Positions 28,028-41,303 of a DNA stretch of 64,000 bases are shown here, piece by piece. The notes beneath the pieces were generated by a model. The model saw only the letters and a program-made list of their open reading frames with translations, was not told where the DNA came from and did not search any database. Position numbers and translations under genes: made by a program. Position 1 is the first letter of the stretch; every line of letters begins with the position of its first letter. Origin of the DNA: Dimorphilus gyrociliatus (taxonomy: Eukaryota > Animalia > Annelida); NCBI GenBank assembly GCA_904063045.1, contig CAJFCJ010000013.1, forward strand, positions 1,625,159 to 1,689,158, written 5' to 3'.

Positions 28028-31000
28028 ATGAACCTTTTATTGGTCGCTTCCCTGTTTTTTTTTTATATAAGTCCTCTACTTGGATTACGTAAGAGTTTTT
28101 AACTCTTTTTGTTTTAAATATCTCTCTCTCTCTCTCTCTCTTCCTTTATTATTTCAATCCGCCCTGAAATTTTTTTTTTAGCTTGCGTTGTTTTTGATGA
28201 AAAAGATAAGACGTTAGAAAGAATTGTCAAAAAATTATTCCCAGTCAAAGAAGTAAAGATATATGACATTAGCTCAATTAAAGGACAGCTTTATCCAACT
28301 TTCTCAGGTGTTGTATATCTTATATATAAAAAGTTGCATACTTTTATTAATATATTATTAAAGATGCCAACTGCCCCATTCAAATTTTCATTGGGAGCGT
28401 AAAACACGTTGAAAAATACGGATACCAACTAAAAAGATGCTACTATTATTCACAAGAAAATGATGATATTCTTTATCCCTGTTTCCCATCCGAGGAGTAT
28501 AGTTATCTACTAGAAAGTTTAATGGAAAGTGCAAAGTGGAATAGAGGAGTTATAGTCTCACTGCAAGGTAAAATTGATAATATATTATCCTTTATTTAAA
28601 TAAATAAAAAATATATAAAGAGATATATTGATATAAAAAGAAAAAGTCAATTTCGTTTAATTTTTTTTCTTCCTTTTTCCTTTCCTTCTCTCTCTCTCTC
28701 TCTCTCACTCTCTCATTTTTCATTTTCTATAGGAGAACTAAGCCGGATTACTGATAAAGTCTTTGCAGCATTCGAAAGTAATAAAGTTCCTGCAATGGTA
28801 CTTAATAAGGATCAATGGGAAAAAAATTTACAAACTCAATTTTTAAGCTATCACGATGAATTTCTGAATATTGTTGTCATTAGCGAAAATAGATCATCGA
28901 TTATCGATTTCTTTAAGCAGGTACGTTTCCTCATCTAAATAATATTGATTAGTTATAGTTAGCGGTGGGTGATGGAATTGCTCCAGCCCGTAGCAACAGT
29001 AGCTAGTGTAATGACAAATGTAACATAGTGTTCTAAATATCACCGTGAATTATACTTTACATACATATCTCATATGCCTCAATTAATACATGTAAAGCGG
29101 GATTAGTTTGTTTTATCATTTATTCTAGCTTTCATTTCTTCTCTAAGTACTTTTCACTGACAAACATCTGACCTTATTATTTGTAACATGGAATAGATTT
29201 CTAATTCGTCTCGAGTAAATATTTAACACTTTTAGCTCATAATATTAAAAGCTTTCTATATTTCAATAGTTATTACCTTTATTTATTAATTAGATTAAAA
29301 TAGTTAGAGAGAAAATGTTTATAAGAATATGTAGAGGGATAATATCTTAATTAATTTTAACAAAAATGATAAAATGAGAAAAGAAAATCCTTTATAATTT
29401 CAAATCGTGTTGTATTGACAATCATCTCGTATTATCGATAATTCAATAAGTAATACATACAATATGGTATATGGGTGAAAAAATATATCGTATTTAACAG
29501 TAAAATAATTCTGTTATTGTAATACGAATTATAACATTTCTTTTATATTAATTTAATTGTAAATACCAGCTGTGAAAGTAATTTTTTAAGTGTTTTTCTT
29601 TCAATTTTAATTCCTTTCTTTTTCTTCGTCTCCCTCTCCTCCTCCTCCTCCTCCTCCTCCTCCTCCTTCTTCTTCTTCTTCTTCTTCTTTTCTCCTCCTC
29701 CTCATCCTAGCATCCTCTCCCCTTACTCTCTTCTTTTATTATTGATGTACGAAAAACGAACAGAGTGAAGGAGTGTGTTGAGAATATTTTGTAGAATAAT
29801 AAATTACATGATTAGACAGACGTTTGATAATCTCATCTAAAGGAATACTTATCACATGGTGAATTTTAGGTGTAGTTTTTAATTAATCACTTTGATAAAT
29901 CAATGGTATTAATATCAAAATGAACATTAAATATACATAGTGTATAAATTGATATTATATGTACAAAAGGTGAAAAATATGAATATCTTATTCGTTTTCT
30001 TATTATGTTTCTTCATTTTCTACATCTTTGTCCTTTCTCTTCGAATGTTATTTCTCACTAGAACAAAGGAAAGAGACTAGTTGTAAAGTTTTGATTTACA
30101 ATAAAAGTACAGTTTTATTGATTGGAAACCGATTATAAATTAGCAGAATCAATTATGAATCAATTGTTATGATTATTGTTTTTCCCTATTATTTCTCTCT
30201 CTCTCTCTCTTTCTCTTTCACCCCTCTCACTCAGTTATCAAATCATCATGGCTATCCCTCCAAAAAAGAATTGAATAATTCATTTAAAAAAAATACACTA
30301 CAATCGTAGATAAAAATCTGGAAAATGATTTGTTGCAGATATAATCTAGAGCATTCGCATTATATAAATTTGAATGAAATGTTGATTAACTTATGAGATA
30401 ATAATTATCATAATTCTCCCCTATAACAGATTTATGAAATGAGAAAGAATTGGGAAGTTCTTGGACCTTTAGTTAATTTCTATATTTATCAACACTTCAT
30501 ACAGCTTAAAGAGATTAAAGAATTTTTATTGCATGGAGATAGTTTAGCTGTTGCAGCAGATCCATTAATTACAAAAAGTTTGAGGGTAACATATGCTGTC
30601 CAAAAGGTAGCTAACAAACTAATCCATTCATTCATTAATTAATGAGATAAACATGAAATAATTGAATTTCTGTTGCCATAGAAATTTAAACTGAAATATC
30701 TGATAATGGCTTGTACGGCTATGTGTTATGCGAAAGATAAATACGATTTAATAGCAGATGTTGATGATAACTTTGAAATAAATTCAAACAGTACTCCATT
30801 ATCGGCTCTTTTTTACGGTTTTTCTGGGAAAAAACTTAAAATAATAACCACGTTAGCCTATAAACCTTTTCTATATAGAAATAATCAGAAGGAGATTGTT
30901 GGAAGCCTAAAAAATACAATTGATATTATGGCGGAAAAGCTCAATTTTAAATATGATTTTCTAGTCAACTCATCCGCTAATTTTGGAGAAAGACTATCTC

Positions 31001-32420
31001 CCGGAGTGTGGTCTGGAGTAATTGGTCAAGTAACCAATAAAACCGCTAGTATATTAGCAGATGGCTTAAGGTTCGATCTATTTTTGTAAATAGCCATTTT
31101 AAAATAAATCATAGTGTCTCTACAGAAAAAAATTCTTTAACAATACATTATAGTTATGTAGCCTTAGACGGAAGGGATAAGTAGGTGTATAGGAGTTAAG
31201 GGATGAGTATAGAATAATCTAATCCATTAGGAATGATCTAAATGTATTATAAAAAGCAAAAGAAAAGATTATAGAAGACATAAATAGATCAAACCTTTCT
31301 ATTAGTATTACGTACGATCGTTCGAAGGATGTATCTTTCACCTTTCCCTACTACATCGATTCTATATCGGCTTTATATAGAGCACCAGACCCAGAAAATA
31401 ACATTCTTTATTTTATACATATATTTAAATACGATGTTTGGGCACTAGCCGGCTCAGCTTGCTTGGTAACTGCACTTATTTATACTGCAATAACCCATTT
31501 AACAGCTAAGATATCAAATTGTGAAAGTCGTGTACCAGTCTACGATTCTTTATTCTTCTTTCTTGGATCTTTTTGGAAGCAGGCAATGTCGAAACTTCCG
31601 CAACATTCATCTGGTAGATTAGTTCTCAGCTTTTGGTGGTTATTTATTATAATGTTCACAACTGTCTATTCTGGAATGTTGATGGCATCTTTGACAGTGG
31701 TACTCAGGGATATACCATTTAAAGACTTTGCAGAACTTACCAATTACGCAGCGGCAAATGAAAAAGTATTAGTTTTTGTTAAGGATAGCGCAATCTTAGA
31801 TCTTGTTAAGGTAACCAAAGAAAAAAATAGATTGAAGATAACGTTAATAATTAATTCATTGTTCTTTCTCCTTCTCTTTCTTAAAGAAAACTAACGAAAG
31901 CGAAAATCATCCATTCCAAATGGCAAAAGATAATATTTATTCCCATAAGGATTCTGTTGTTACGAATTCCATTGTTCATGGAAATCCAGAACTACTAGAA
32001 AAGGTCTGTTCCGCTCTCTTTCTGAATGTAATCTACATTTAATTTACGAATTATCCATAAGATGGCGTTTTGTGAACTTTTTGGAAAAGATTTTGCGTTG
32101 CGACAAAAGGCCACATCAATCGTTTATAAATAATTTCTCGAGCTTAACTATTCCTATACTAATATTCTTGAAGCTACGAATAAAGATTTTTTACTCATAT
32201 TGTCGCCCTAAGCCCAAAGATGTACATTGAACCTTTATCTCTCACGATTTTCATAATCCCAATTTAATCAGTATTACTATAGTCAGTGTACTCTTTAGCC
32301 CCCTCTCCTGCCGTTCTCTTCTAATTAATTACTAAATATCTTAAATAGCTACCTAACCCTGTAAAATAATTACATTCAGTCATAGTTCCTTGCCCCTACA
32401 ATATACATTGTTATATATGG

Positions 32421-32452
<32 letters not shown>

Positions 32453-33646
32453 CAGTTAAAAATGAACTCTTAAAAAAAGCACTAATTTCAAGCCAGTCAG
32501 TAAATATCGGCTTTTTACAACAACTTGAAGGGATATATTATACCTTATGTATGTATGTATAAGATTTGTTAATACAGTATTTCTATTAAATTAGTTAACA
32601 GTAATATATCTTTGTCTTTATCATTATCAAGATAAGAAAAATAGAACGTAGCTTTTATAAGGTTACGGTCAAAAGTTGAATTTCACAAATCGTGTTTTCG
32701 TTGCGTATATCATCTATCTTCTTCCCTTTTACATTTGGACTTTGTATGACTTAAACGATTAAAATATAGATCGAAAACTGTAGAAGATGTACTCTTTGTT
32801 TAAACAAAGGTACAACTTCTTTACTAAATTATCAGTAGTTTGTTTCACTCTCTTGTCTCTTTAATGTTTTTCTAACAGTATTTCTTAGTTTTTACACCTT
32901 CTTTGGCAACGCCCATTGTTTTACTATATAATAAACTGTTCAAAGTATCAGCCTACTAGATTATCGTATTTAAATTATTCTTAGTACTTGACTTTTATAA
33001 CTGTATTTCTTTTCAACAGTTGAAAGATTTTACGCATATATTTTTTGGGGATAAAGTAAACTTACAACAGTTTGCAGCTTCACTCGGATGTAATAAGGAC
33101 AAACTTATTTTGTTGCAAAAGAACTTTTTAAGCAGCGGTTTGGGTTTAGTTGTCCATAAGGGGTCTCCATTTGTAAAAAGACTATCAAAGTTAATAATGC
33201 TCCAACAAGAATCTGGCCTTATTGAATTGTGGATAAAGCAAAACGAGGAGATTGATTATTGCCCCTTCATCTCTAAGCAAGTTGCCAAAAAGACTAAAGT
33301 AAAACTTGAATATGTGCCAGGAGTATTCATTCTATTCGGTTTTGGAGTTGGTGTAGCCTTAGCTATTCTCATAGCCGAAATGATTCTAACTATACTTAAA
33401 AATAGAAAAATTACAACAAGTAGAAATAACCAAATTGAAACGAGGCCAAAAGATTCATATTTTGTAGGCTCAACAGAAGTTATTCGTACATTGAATCACG
33501 TTCAATCAAGCATTATTAATGGGCAAAGTAAAATTCAAGAAAAAGAAGTTTGTGTTAAAAGACGTCAAAGAACAACGGACTCTGAAAGTATTTGTTCCAC
33601 GTCACAAGTTTTCGTCATAGTTCCAAGCGAAGTAACTAAACTATAG
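28028..33646 (+). CDS. Variant ionotropic glutamate receptor (IR-like chemoreceptor), multi-exon
   Basis: Signal peptide MNLLLVASLFFFYISPLLG (exon from 28028, GTAAG donor). S1: GVWSGVIGQV...ISITYDRSKDVSFTFPY. M1-M3: SSGRLVLSFWWLF. S2: GLGLVVHKGSPF...ESGLIELW. M4: VPGVFILFGFG. Exons between 30235 and 30680 are less certain. Confidence 0.85.
29636..29688. repeat. Compound (CCT)n(CTT)n microsatellite in an IR intron
   Basis: Directly visible trinucleotide run switching from CCT to CTT. Confidence 0.9.
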
Positions 33647-34139
33647 CCCTATTATGATATTTTTCCAAACCCACAACAGTTTCACTATGCTACCCCTCCC
33701 TCTATTCAAATGCTTTTATTTTGAATTCTTTATGCTTTTTCTAACCAGTGTCCTATATTTAAAGAGAGGATAAAGGAGGAAGAGAAATATTTTCCCTTTA
33801 TCTAATGGACTATAATCAAAAACCTTCTTTAAAAATATATTTGAAATATTAATCAATAATAACTACTTGCTTAATCCTTCTCTCTCTTTTTCCCCTCAAT
33901 AATTAACATTTAAAAACACTCATACCTTATTTAATATAAAAGTATTATCAATGTTATTCAAAATTTTTATATAATTATATACAATAAACGCATATTTATA
34001 TATATATATATATATAGTAATTTTTACTTTCTAAATAAACCTACTAAAGTCATAAAATACCTCTTAAATTAGTTAAAATATAAAAATAGATACCAACATT
34101 CGCCGCTAGATGTCAACACTGTTGAACGAAATTATATAA

Positions 34140-34208
34140 ACGAAAGAGCATTTTGAAAGAAATATAGGCGGCGTTTCGAATCACATCACGGCAATTGAAT
34201 AGCGATAG
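34140..34208 (+). other. Probable non-coding first exon upstream of the glycosyltransferase (and possibly COMMD6)
   Basis: Strong AG|GTGAGT donor at 34209 and a matching TTTCAG acceptor at 35077 just before ATG 35134. The 5' boundary is approximate. Confidence 0.5.
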
Positions 34209-35133
34209 GTGAGTGAGGTAGGTGCAGCTTATTTCTTCCGAAATAATTCCTTCATACAACCAATCAATTTAATGTCATTGCAGTCTCAAGACACCGGAAG
34301 TCTGAATTAAAATACTATTGTATATACATATATATATACATATTCATTGATTGATTTATATATATATATATATGTATGTATATGTATACATGCATTTATA
34401 TAAATGAAGATGGGGAGAGATTAATATCCTCGTCCGGTATTTAGAACTACAAAATAAAAAAATAACCTACCTGTTCAGAGTTCTACTAACCTTAGCATAA
34501 TTGTTAAAAACTGTAAGTATTCCTTTTATTATTGTGTCACTCTGTATTAAGCAAATGAAAAAGTAAAATACTTGAATATATTTACATATATTGGCAAATA
34601 CAAACACAAGCATAACATTGTAGTAAAAATATGACAAGATTCTTTGGTGGCGGGAAAAAGTGAGAAAGAGAAAGAGAGAGAGAGAGAGAGAGAGATCGCC
34701 AGTATAATTGTAGCTCTTAATATTATTAAAATATGATATTACAAACAAATGAATCGTTTGGCAACTGAAATTTATCCATTAAAACTATGACTAACAGAGA
34801 CGAGTCATTCTAGAGAGCGGGGGAGAAACAGAGACTATATGACACAGATAATGAATACGTAAATTTAAAGAGTACATGGATGAAAGTTTTTGCATTGAAA
34901 CCAGTTCAATAAGCTTTTAATATATAATATGAATAATATGCGTCGTATATGAGTACATACGTTTCTAGTTGACTGGTTTATTGTAAATCAAACAACAATC
35001 CAAAGTTGACATTCGTTCGCGTATCACTGTTATCTATTTCCTCTATTTAGTATTGTAATTTTCTTTTACAATTTCAGGATTTTTCTTCAAGCCTAAAAAT
35101 TTTGGAGATAAAAGAAAAACCTACGTTTTCACA

Positions 35134-36231
35134 ATGCAATTGACATTTTTCACTCAAATGTTTAAAAGGATCTTAAGAGCTCCGAAATTGGCGGCCTTAG
35201 TTACATGTATATTTTTTGTGGCCGAAAATTTTACAGAATTGGCTATTCGTTACGTTCCAGAAATTAATCGCTTAAAAAAAGGGATTGAAAATTGCGATCG
35301 TATTCCCCGAATTAATACATTTAGCATTATGTGCCCTTTTGATAATCCGGGTGAATTAACGACAAACGATACGATCATTTTGACCTACGCTAATTCTGGT
35401 TGGTCGCAACAGGTTACAAATTGGATTTGTAATGCTAAAAAGGCAAATATTTCGAAATTGTTAGTTATAGCGGTTAACAATGATCTATGTGATAAAATTG
35501 GTAACATACCTGGTGTTAAATGCTGGACACCTTCGTTGTCGCCCACGTTTAGGTCGCTGAGAGAAAAAGCACTAAGCGATAAGGTGAAAGAAAACAACGT
35601 TCAAAATTCTTTTAATGCAAGTTCAAACGCGGAATGGGGTACGGAAAATTATGGCCTATTGTTAAAATATCGAACTTTAATTATTTATTCAATACTTAAA
35701 TGTGGTTATCCAATATTACTGTCGGATACGGATGTTATTTTTCTAAAGTCCCCTTTAAACTACCTTCAGCAATTAACTCATGACAATACATCTAAGGCTG
35801 ATGCTCTAAATCCACGTTATGAGATGATCTTTCAAAAAGATGCAACAGGTTGGCGAAGATTCGATAGTTGGGGTCTGAAAGGTTGGTTTGGAAATTGGTA
35901 CGCTTGCGCCGGTTTTGCCTACATCATTCCAACTCCTGGTATAATTAAATTTTGGGAAGGAATGGTTGCTTTCCAAGAATCAGATTGGAATGATCAAGTT
36001 GGCGTTAATTTATGCTTGAGATACTCAAGCCATAGAGTTAGATGGATGACACTCGATTCGGATTTATTTCCCAATGGTCGGATGATACAAGATGGTTACC
36101 GATACAACGGTAAAGAGTATCAGTCTCAGGCAATAAGTCAACAGAACCCATATGTCATTCACTTTAACTGGATTCACGAATTTCAAGGGAAAATCAAATA
36201 CATGAAACTAATGAAATTATGGTGCGGCTAG
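35134..36231 (+). CDS. Nucleotide-diphospho-sugar transferase (GT-A fold, Nucleotid_trans/PF03407-like), type II membrane, intronless CDS
   Basis: 365-aa ORF with an N-terminal TM, a DxD motif (LLSDTDVIFLKSP, 35725-33), CAGFAYI, WNDQ and a terminal HFNW...K...LW motif typical of the family. Confidence 0.85.
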   Translation: MQLTFFTQMFKRILRAPKLAALVTCIFFVAENFTELAIRYVPEINRLKKGIENCDRIPRINTFSIMCPFDNPGELTTNDTIILTYANSGWSQQVTNWICNAKKANISKLLVIAVNNDLCDKIGNIPGVKCWTPSLSPTFRSLREKALSDKVKENNVQNSFNASSNAEWGTENYGLLLKYRTLIIYSILKCGYPILLSDTDVIFLKSPLNYLQQLTHDNTSKADALNPRYEMIFQKDATGWRRFDSWGLKGWFGNWYACAGFAYIIPTPGIIKFWEGMVAFQESDWNDQVGVNLCLRYSSHRVRWMTLDSDLFPNGRMIQDGYRYNGKEYQSQAISQQNPYVIHFNWIHEFQGKIKYMKLMKLWCG

Positions 36232-36564
36232 CGTTAATTTCGAAGTTGTTTTTTTTAAAACTATTCGTTATCGTCTAGTCAAAGAACGTGATATAGCTTG
36301 TTAATTGAAATATTGTATTTCTAATCGAATAGTGCCTTCTTAAACATCAATGTCATGTCTTTTTTATAAATGGTCACGTGGACAATGTAAACCGGTATAT
36401 AACTTTTTGTTAAGAAAATAAAAATTATTAGCATCTTATCAAAAATATTCAGAGATAACTGTATAATATTTGATTTATTATCCAAACAACGTAGGAGAGA
36501 TAACGGAGTTGACAGCACTTTTTATTTTAAACCCTAAAAATAGCACTGTGATTGTAGGTTGAAT

Positions 36565-36846
36565 ATGAGCGATAATATAATAACTGGAAAGGTTAGCAAT
36601 TTGGTAGTATTTTTTCACATGAACAGATTGTGATTACCCTTTTGCATACAGCTTATCAATATGGGATGGACACTAGGAATGACCACGTCTTCGAATCATT
36701 GTCGCAGTGTTAACAAACCATTCGTTATACTCACACTGACAATTGATCAAGATGACTACCCCATTCGAAAAACTGTCGAATTAGAATTGGAACAATTTCT
36801 CCAGTTATCGAAACAATTGAAAAATGCTCATAAGTATGTAAAATAA
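36565..36846 (+). CDS. COMMD6: COMM domain-containing protein 6 (short, COMM-domain-only)
   Basis: Exons 36565-36591 and 36652-36846 give MSDNIITGKLINMGWTLGMTTSSNHCRSVNKPFVILTL...ELELEQFLQLSKQLK. This resembles COMMD6 (LVDFQWKLGMAVSSD.CRSL..PYV) and likewise lacks the N-terminal helical domain. Confidence 0.8.
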
Positions 36847-37409
36847 TCTGACTATATGATTTATGTTTAATTTTTTGCAAGCTCTGAATTTTTATATGAT
36901 AAAATAAAAATATTCCCACTATTAGCAAATAAATAATTGAATAAGTCGGATCCTTATCAAAACCGGATTAAAAATAAATGAATGTAATCTTGCTTGATTA
37001 CGGATAATTATAACACTTTGAATCTATATTCCAAAAGAAAGAAAAAAGACCAATAGCACACGTATATCATAAACTGTTGTATATATACAGTATATACTTT
37101 ATATATATATCTAAAAGACAGTCACGAATGGGATTATAGTATTGGTAATTTAAAAAATACTGCTTGTTAGTAGAAAAAATATGACATATGAGGGCTTATT
37201 TTGTTGACCCAAAAATAAAAAAGAGAGTAGTAGCAGAGAGTAGAAACTAAAAGGTAAAAGAATAACAGTAAACATTATCAAGCAAACTTAAAAGCAAATT
37301 TGTCTTTCTCTTTTTTTGTCTACATGAATGTTAAAAGCAATAAAAAAATGTTCAGCTGCTAATAATTTAGAAAGACAAAAAAAGCTTCATTTTTCACGAA
37401 AATTCTTAT

Positions 37410-39245
37410 TCAAACCATTCGTCCAGGAACCTTAAGTAGCTAATTGAAAAAAAAAAGACATAAAAAAATAATTAATTTATTATTCTCTTTGTTTTTACCT
37501 CTTTCAGATCAATGCCCGTAAGGGCTTGAACTGCTGGTGGTAGATTCGATACGAGCTTTGTAACTTCTGTTGTTGTTCTATCCTCCCCAAGCAGAACTAT
37601 GTTGTCTGTCTTTGATAATGGCGCAGCAACAGCTCTAGCGATCTTCGGCATGTTCTCCAATACTAAACTTAGTTTAGCCGCTTCTCCGTATTGCTTATAA
37701 GCTACAGCCTTCATTTTCATTCTATCGGCTTCGGCTTTACCGATGGATTCAATAGCTGCTGCATCTCCACTACCCAGCAATCGAATCTTTTCGGCTTCCG
37801 CCTCGGCAGCTGCTACAGTCTGAAACCTATTTGAAAAGAAGGAAAAAATGACAGTAAATCAATTGTTTGAACGCACCTATTTGATCCTAAAGATAACAAG
37901 AAAAAAAATAGGAAAAAATGACTAGACTAACCTATGAGCTTCGGCTATAGTCTCCATTTTATACGCTTCAGCTTCGGCAGGCCTTCTTACAGTGGCAATA
38001 AGTTCTTTTTCTTTCCTTTGAATTTCTTTTTCTTCAATATCAATTTGCTTCTTTCTATCAATGACGTCGATTTCCAATTCTTCCGCTCTAATTTTCTGTC
38101 TCATCTTGGCGGCGTTAAGTTCGTAAGCTAGTTCGGCTTGTGCGAGTTTAGCATTCACTTCACCATCGTACTCCGCCTTTTGCGTTTCGAATGTTCTCTT
38201 TGATTCGGCTATTTTAGTATCTGCCAGAAATTTAGCGTTCTTTCGAGTATTTTCGCATTCAGATTCCTGTGAGACAAATATCAAGCAAACAGATTATAAA
38301 AAATAATCCACTGTTAATTTAGCGACTAACCCTTATTCCTGCATCTCTAGTTGCTTCAGCAACTCCTACATCGGCGTCTTTTTTCACATTAGCAGTTTGA
38401 GCCCGACCCAAAGAAGCCAAATATTCGACGTTATCGTAAACATCTTTAATCGTAAAGCTGAGAATTTCGATACCCATTCGACCAACATCCGGAGCAGCAA
38501 ACTCTCTTACTTGAAGAGCAAATTTATCTCGATCTTGATAGATAGCTTCGACACTGAGAGTTCCTTTATAGTAAACACAATTGTTAAACAGATAACGGTA
38601 AAAGTTTATTTGTCAAAATTCAACATACCTAATATGGCTCTTAGGTGACCTTCCAAAGTTTGTAAAATAACTGTTTCAATATGATGAACGCTCTTGCCCA
38701 AAAATTGTTCGCAGGCCGTATTTAGTAATTCGCGTTCAGTTATTATCTTAATCTATTAGGTTAAATTTATTAATAGGGTGATCATTTACATTAGATAAGT
38801 ATAATAGAATATACCTGGGCAACACCAGTGACAGTGATTGGAACACCTTCGCTCGTTTCAACATTTTCGCAGACTGGATTTAAAGTCATAACCTCCAGAG
38901 AGATGCTTTAAAAGAAATTGTTTGCTTTGCATTTAGTTTAAAATAAAAAAAGAAGCTATGTTTTCTTACCATTGTACATCTGTCACAAACCACCATGCCC
39001 AGCCCCATCCTCCGATGATTGTTTTCGATCTGCGTGAACCGCAACAACCACCTAAAGTAATAAAACTCTTAAATAGAACAAAGCATTCAAATTGTGGAAA
39101 ATATCGGAAAATAGGAAAATGTTACTCATAGCAAGTAACATAATATTTAAACAATGTCTTAATTTCGAATTAGACACATTGCATTCTCCACCTTACCTGA
39201 TATTACAAGGGCATTATTAGGTCCTACTGTATGAATATTTCCCAT
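37410..39245 (-). CDS. FLOT2: Flotillin-2
   Basis: MGNIHTVGPNNALVISGGCCGS...GGWGWAWWFVTDVQ; IYQDRDKFALQVREVAAPDVGRMGIEILSFTIKDV; AEAEA repeats; last exon LLKVPGRMV* ending at 37410. Confidence 0.95.
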
Positions 39246-40254
39246 GAGTAGTAGAGTCGAAGTTAACTTAAATTATCAAAATAATTGAAAAATGCTTGCC
39301 GTCTTATTATTTATAAGTTCTAATTCCGGTTCCGCCTATGTGATACTGCGCCATCTAGTCAAATACTTACTGTAAAACCTTTTAGTATACTAAACTAAAG
39401 CACTGACTAAACATTATTCATTTTCCACCATTTCGCAATCGATAAATTACACTTTTATAATAGTTTATATCGCTATTTTTAACATTTAAAAGTCACGGCG
39501 ACACTAAATAGTACATATTAAACTTAATTTGACATAAAAAGAACTAGTTACAACTTTTAAGAATTAAGTTCTCCTAGAAATAAAAGAAGCATGCTGAGAA
39601 TAAAATGTATAAAAATAAAACAAAAAAAGCTGTAAAGCTATTTGACAATATTAAATATTTAAATATATTCAAAACAAGCGATATTAAATTGCTTTAATCA
39701 TATACACTGGCTGTATAACATTAGTACAATTCTAAAAGTTATCTTTAATAGAAGCGGTCATAAAAGAGCTTTTAATAAGGCAGCTAAATCTTTTTTTCAT
39801 TAGAATGTATACATTTCACTCCCATTAGGGATGAAGGGACTATTACATACATGAATAATTATCATCAATTGATCAATCCATCACGTGAATGTCAAAAATT
39901 TTGTAACAATTTCGATTTGATATGTAAAGATGTACCATCTCTTTGTTTATTTATTCCATGTTTGTTTCTAAGTTCTTCAAAGTTACATTCTTATGATCTT
40001 TTTTTAAATATAAATTTACTAAAACAATGATCATTTATATGAATCTCATTCTTTTCATATGAAATTATAGAAGTTTTATAACAAAAACATTCATTATAAG
40101 AAACAATTAAGTGTATAATACTTGGTAATAATAGTCATGATAATAATCATAATGATAATAGTAATGGTAGTAATAGTCTGTGCAAGCCTTTATAATAAAT
40201 CGTTTATAGTTTTTTTGTTTTTGTAAGGACTAGACGGTAAAGTTCATCAAATTT

Positions 40255-41303
40255 TCAAGCCAATATGAGCCAAAAGATGAAAAAAACTGCAACGTATAAA
40301 AACACTTTGGAGAGAAATTGCTCATCTTGATTTGGAGCTGGACCATGAGTATGTCCATGACCATAGTGTCCTTGTCTATCGGGTACGTTGAACGTTGAAA
40401 AAACGCCAAAGGGGAAGGCACCTATTCCGAAAGACATGGAGAAATTTTCTCCCAAGTTGAAGCCGCCACCCTGTTGAAATTAATATAAACTATAAGTTAT
40501 ATATATATATATATACTGTATATACAATATAATTGCTTTCTCCCTTGTACAGGAAGCAATAATCTATTGTTCTTGATGATAAGTCTCTTGATGGGTAAAT
40601 TAATATTATTAAAGATTTATTGTTTTATTTACTTGTCTCTTTATTAGGTTTATTATTTCCTTTCATTAAGAGGTAATTGCACTTTAAACTTAATATTTAG
40701 AACTAACATTTATAAAAATTCTATTTTCTATATATTAATTATATTTAGTTTTGAAAAGTTTTATAATGAAGAGTTTAACGCAGTGTACTTTATTCGGTAC
40801 ATCGCATAATGTACAATGTACACATGAGAGCTTTTTAAGTTCTTTTATATAGCGACATATTAAGAGAGTTTTTTTTGGAAAAAATAACATATGAATAAAG
40901 ATTTTTTTATATTTACATTTGTATTTTCCGATTCCTGTCGTTGTCCTTGAGGTCTTGGGGGTACTTTTTTTCTTGGATCTTGTTGATCGGTTGTATTTCG
41001 GCCATATAGAGGAATAAATTTATCTTCATTGATATCAGCTTTACATACAGGACAGGTCATTCGTCCAGATCGAGCTGTCATCCAGCGGTGAATACATGGC
41101 CAGCTGTATGATTAACAATAGTTTTGCTAAATTTCCTAAATATTCTAAAATTATGCAGTTGCATACCAGAATAGATGTCCACACATACTTACAACGGCAT
41201 CTCTAGCTACATCGAAACAAATATTGCACTCATAATTAGAGGCTGACGAGTTGTCGGACTCTTTTTTGTCCGACCCCTCAAACGTAGAATCAGAACTACT
41301 CAT
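40255..41303 (-). CDS. RNF185: E3 ubiquitin ligase RNF5/RNF185 homolog
   Basis: [33 protein letters not shown]...CPVCKA; IPLYGR...[14 protein letters not shown]; [13 protein letters not shown]; C-terminal TM. RNF5 and RNF185 cannot be told apart (a single invertebrate ortholog is expected). Confidence 0.92.
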
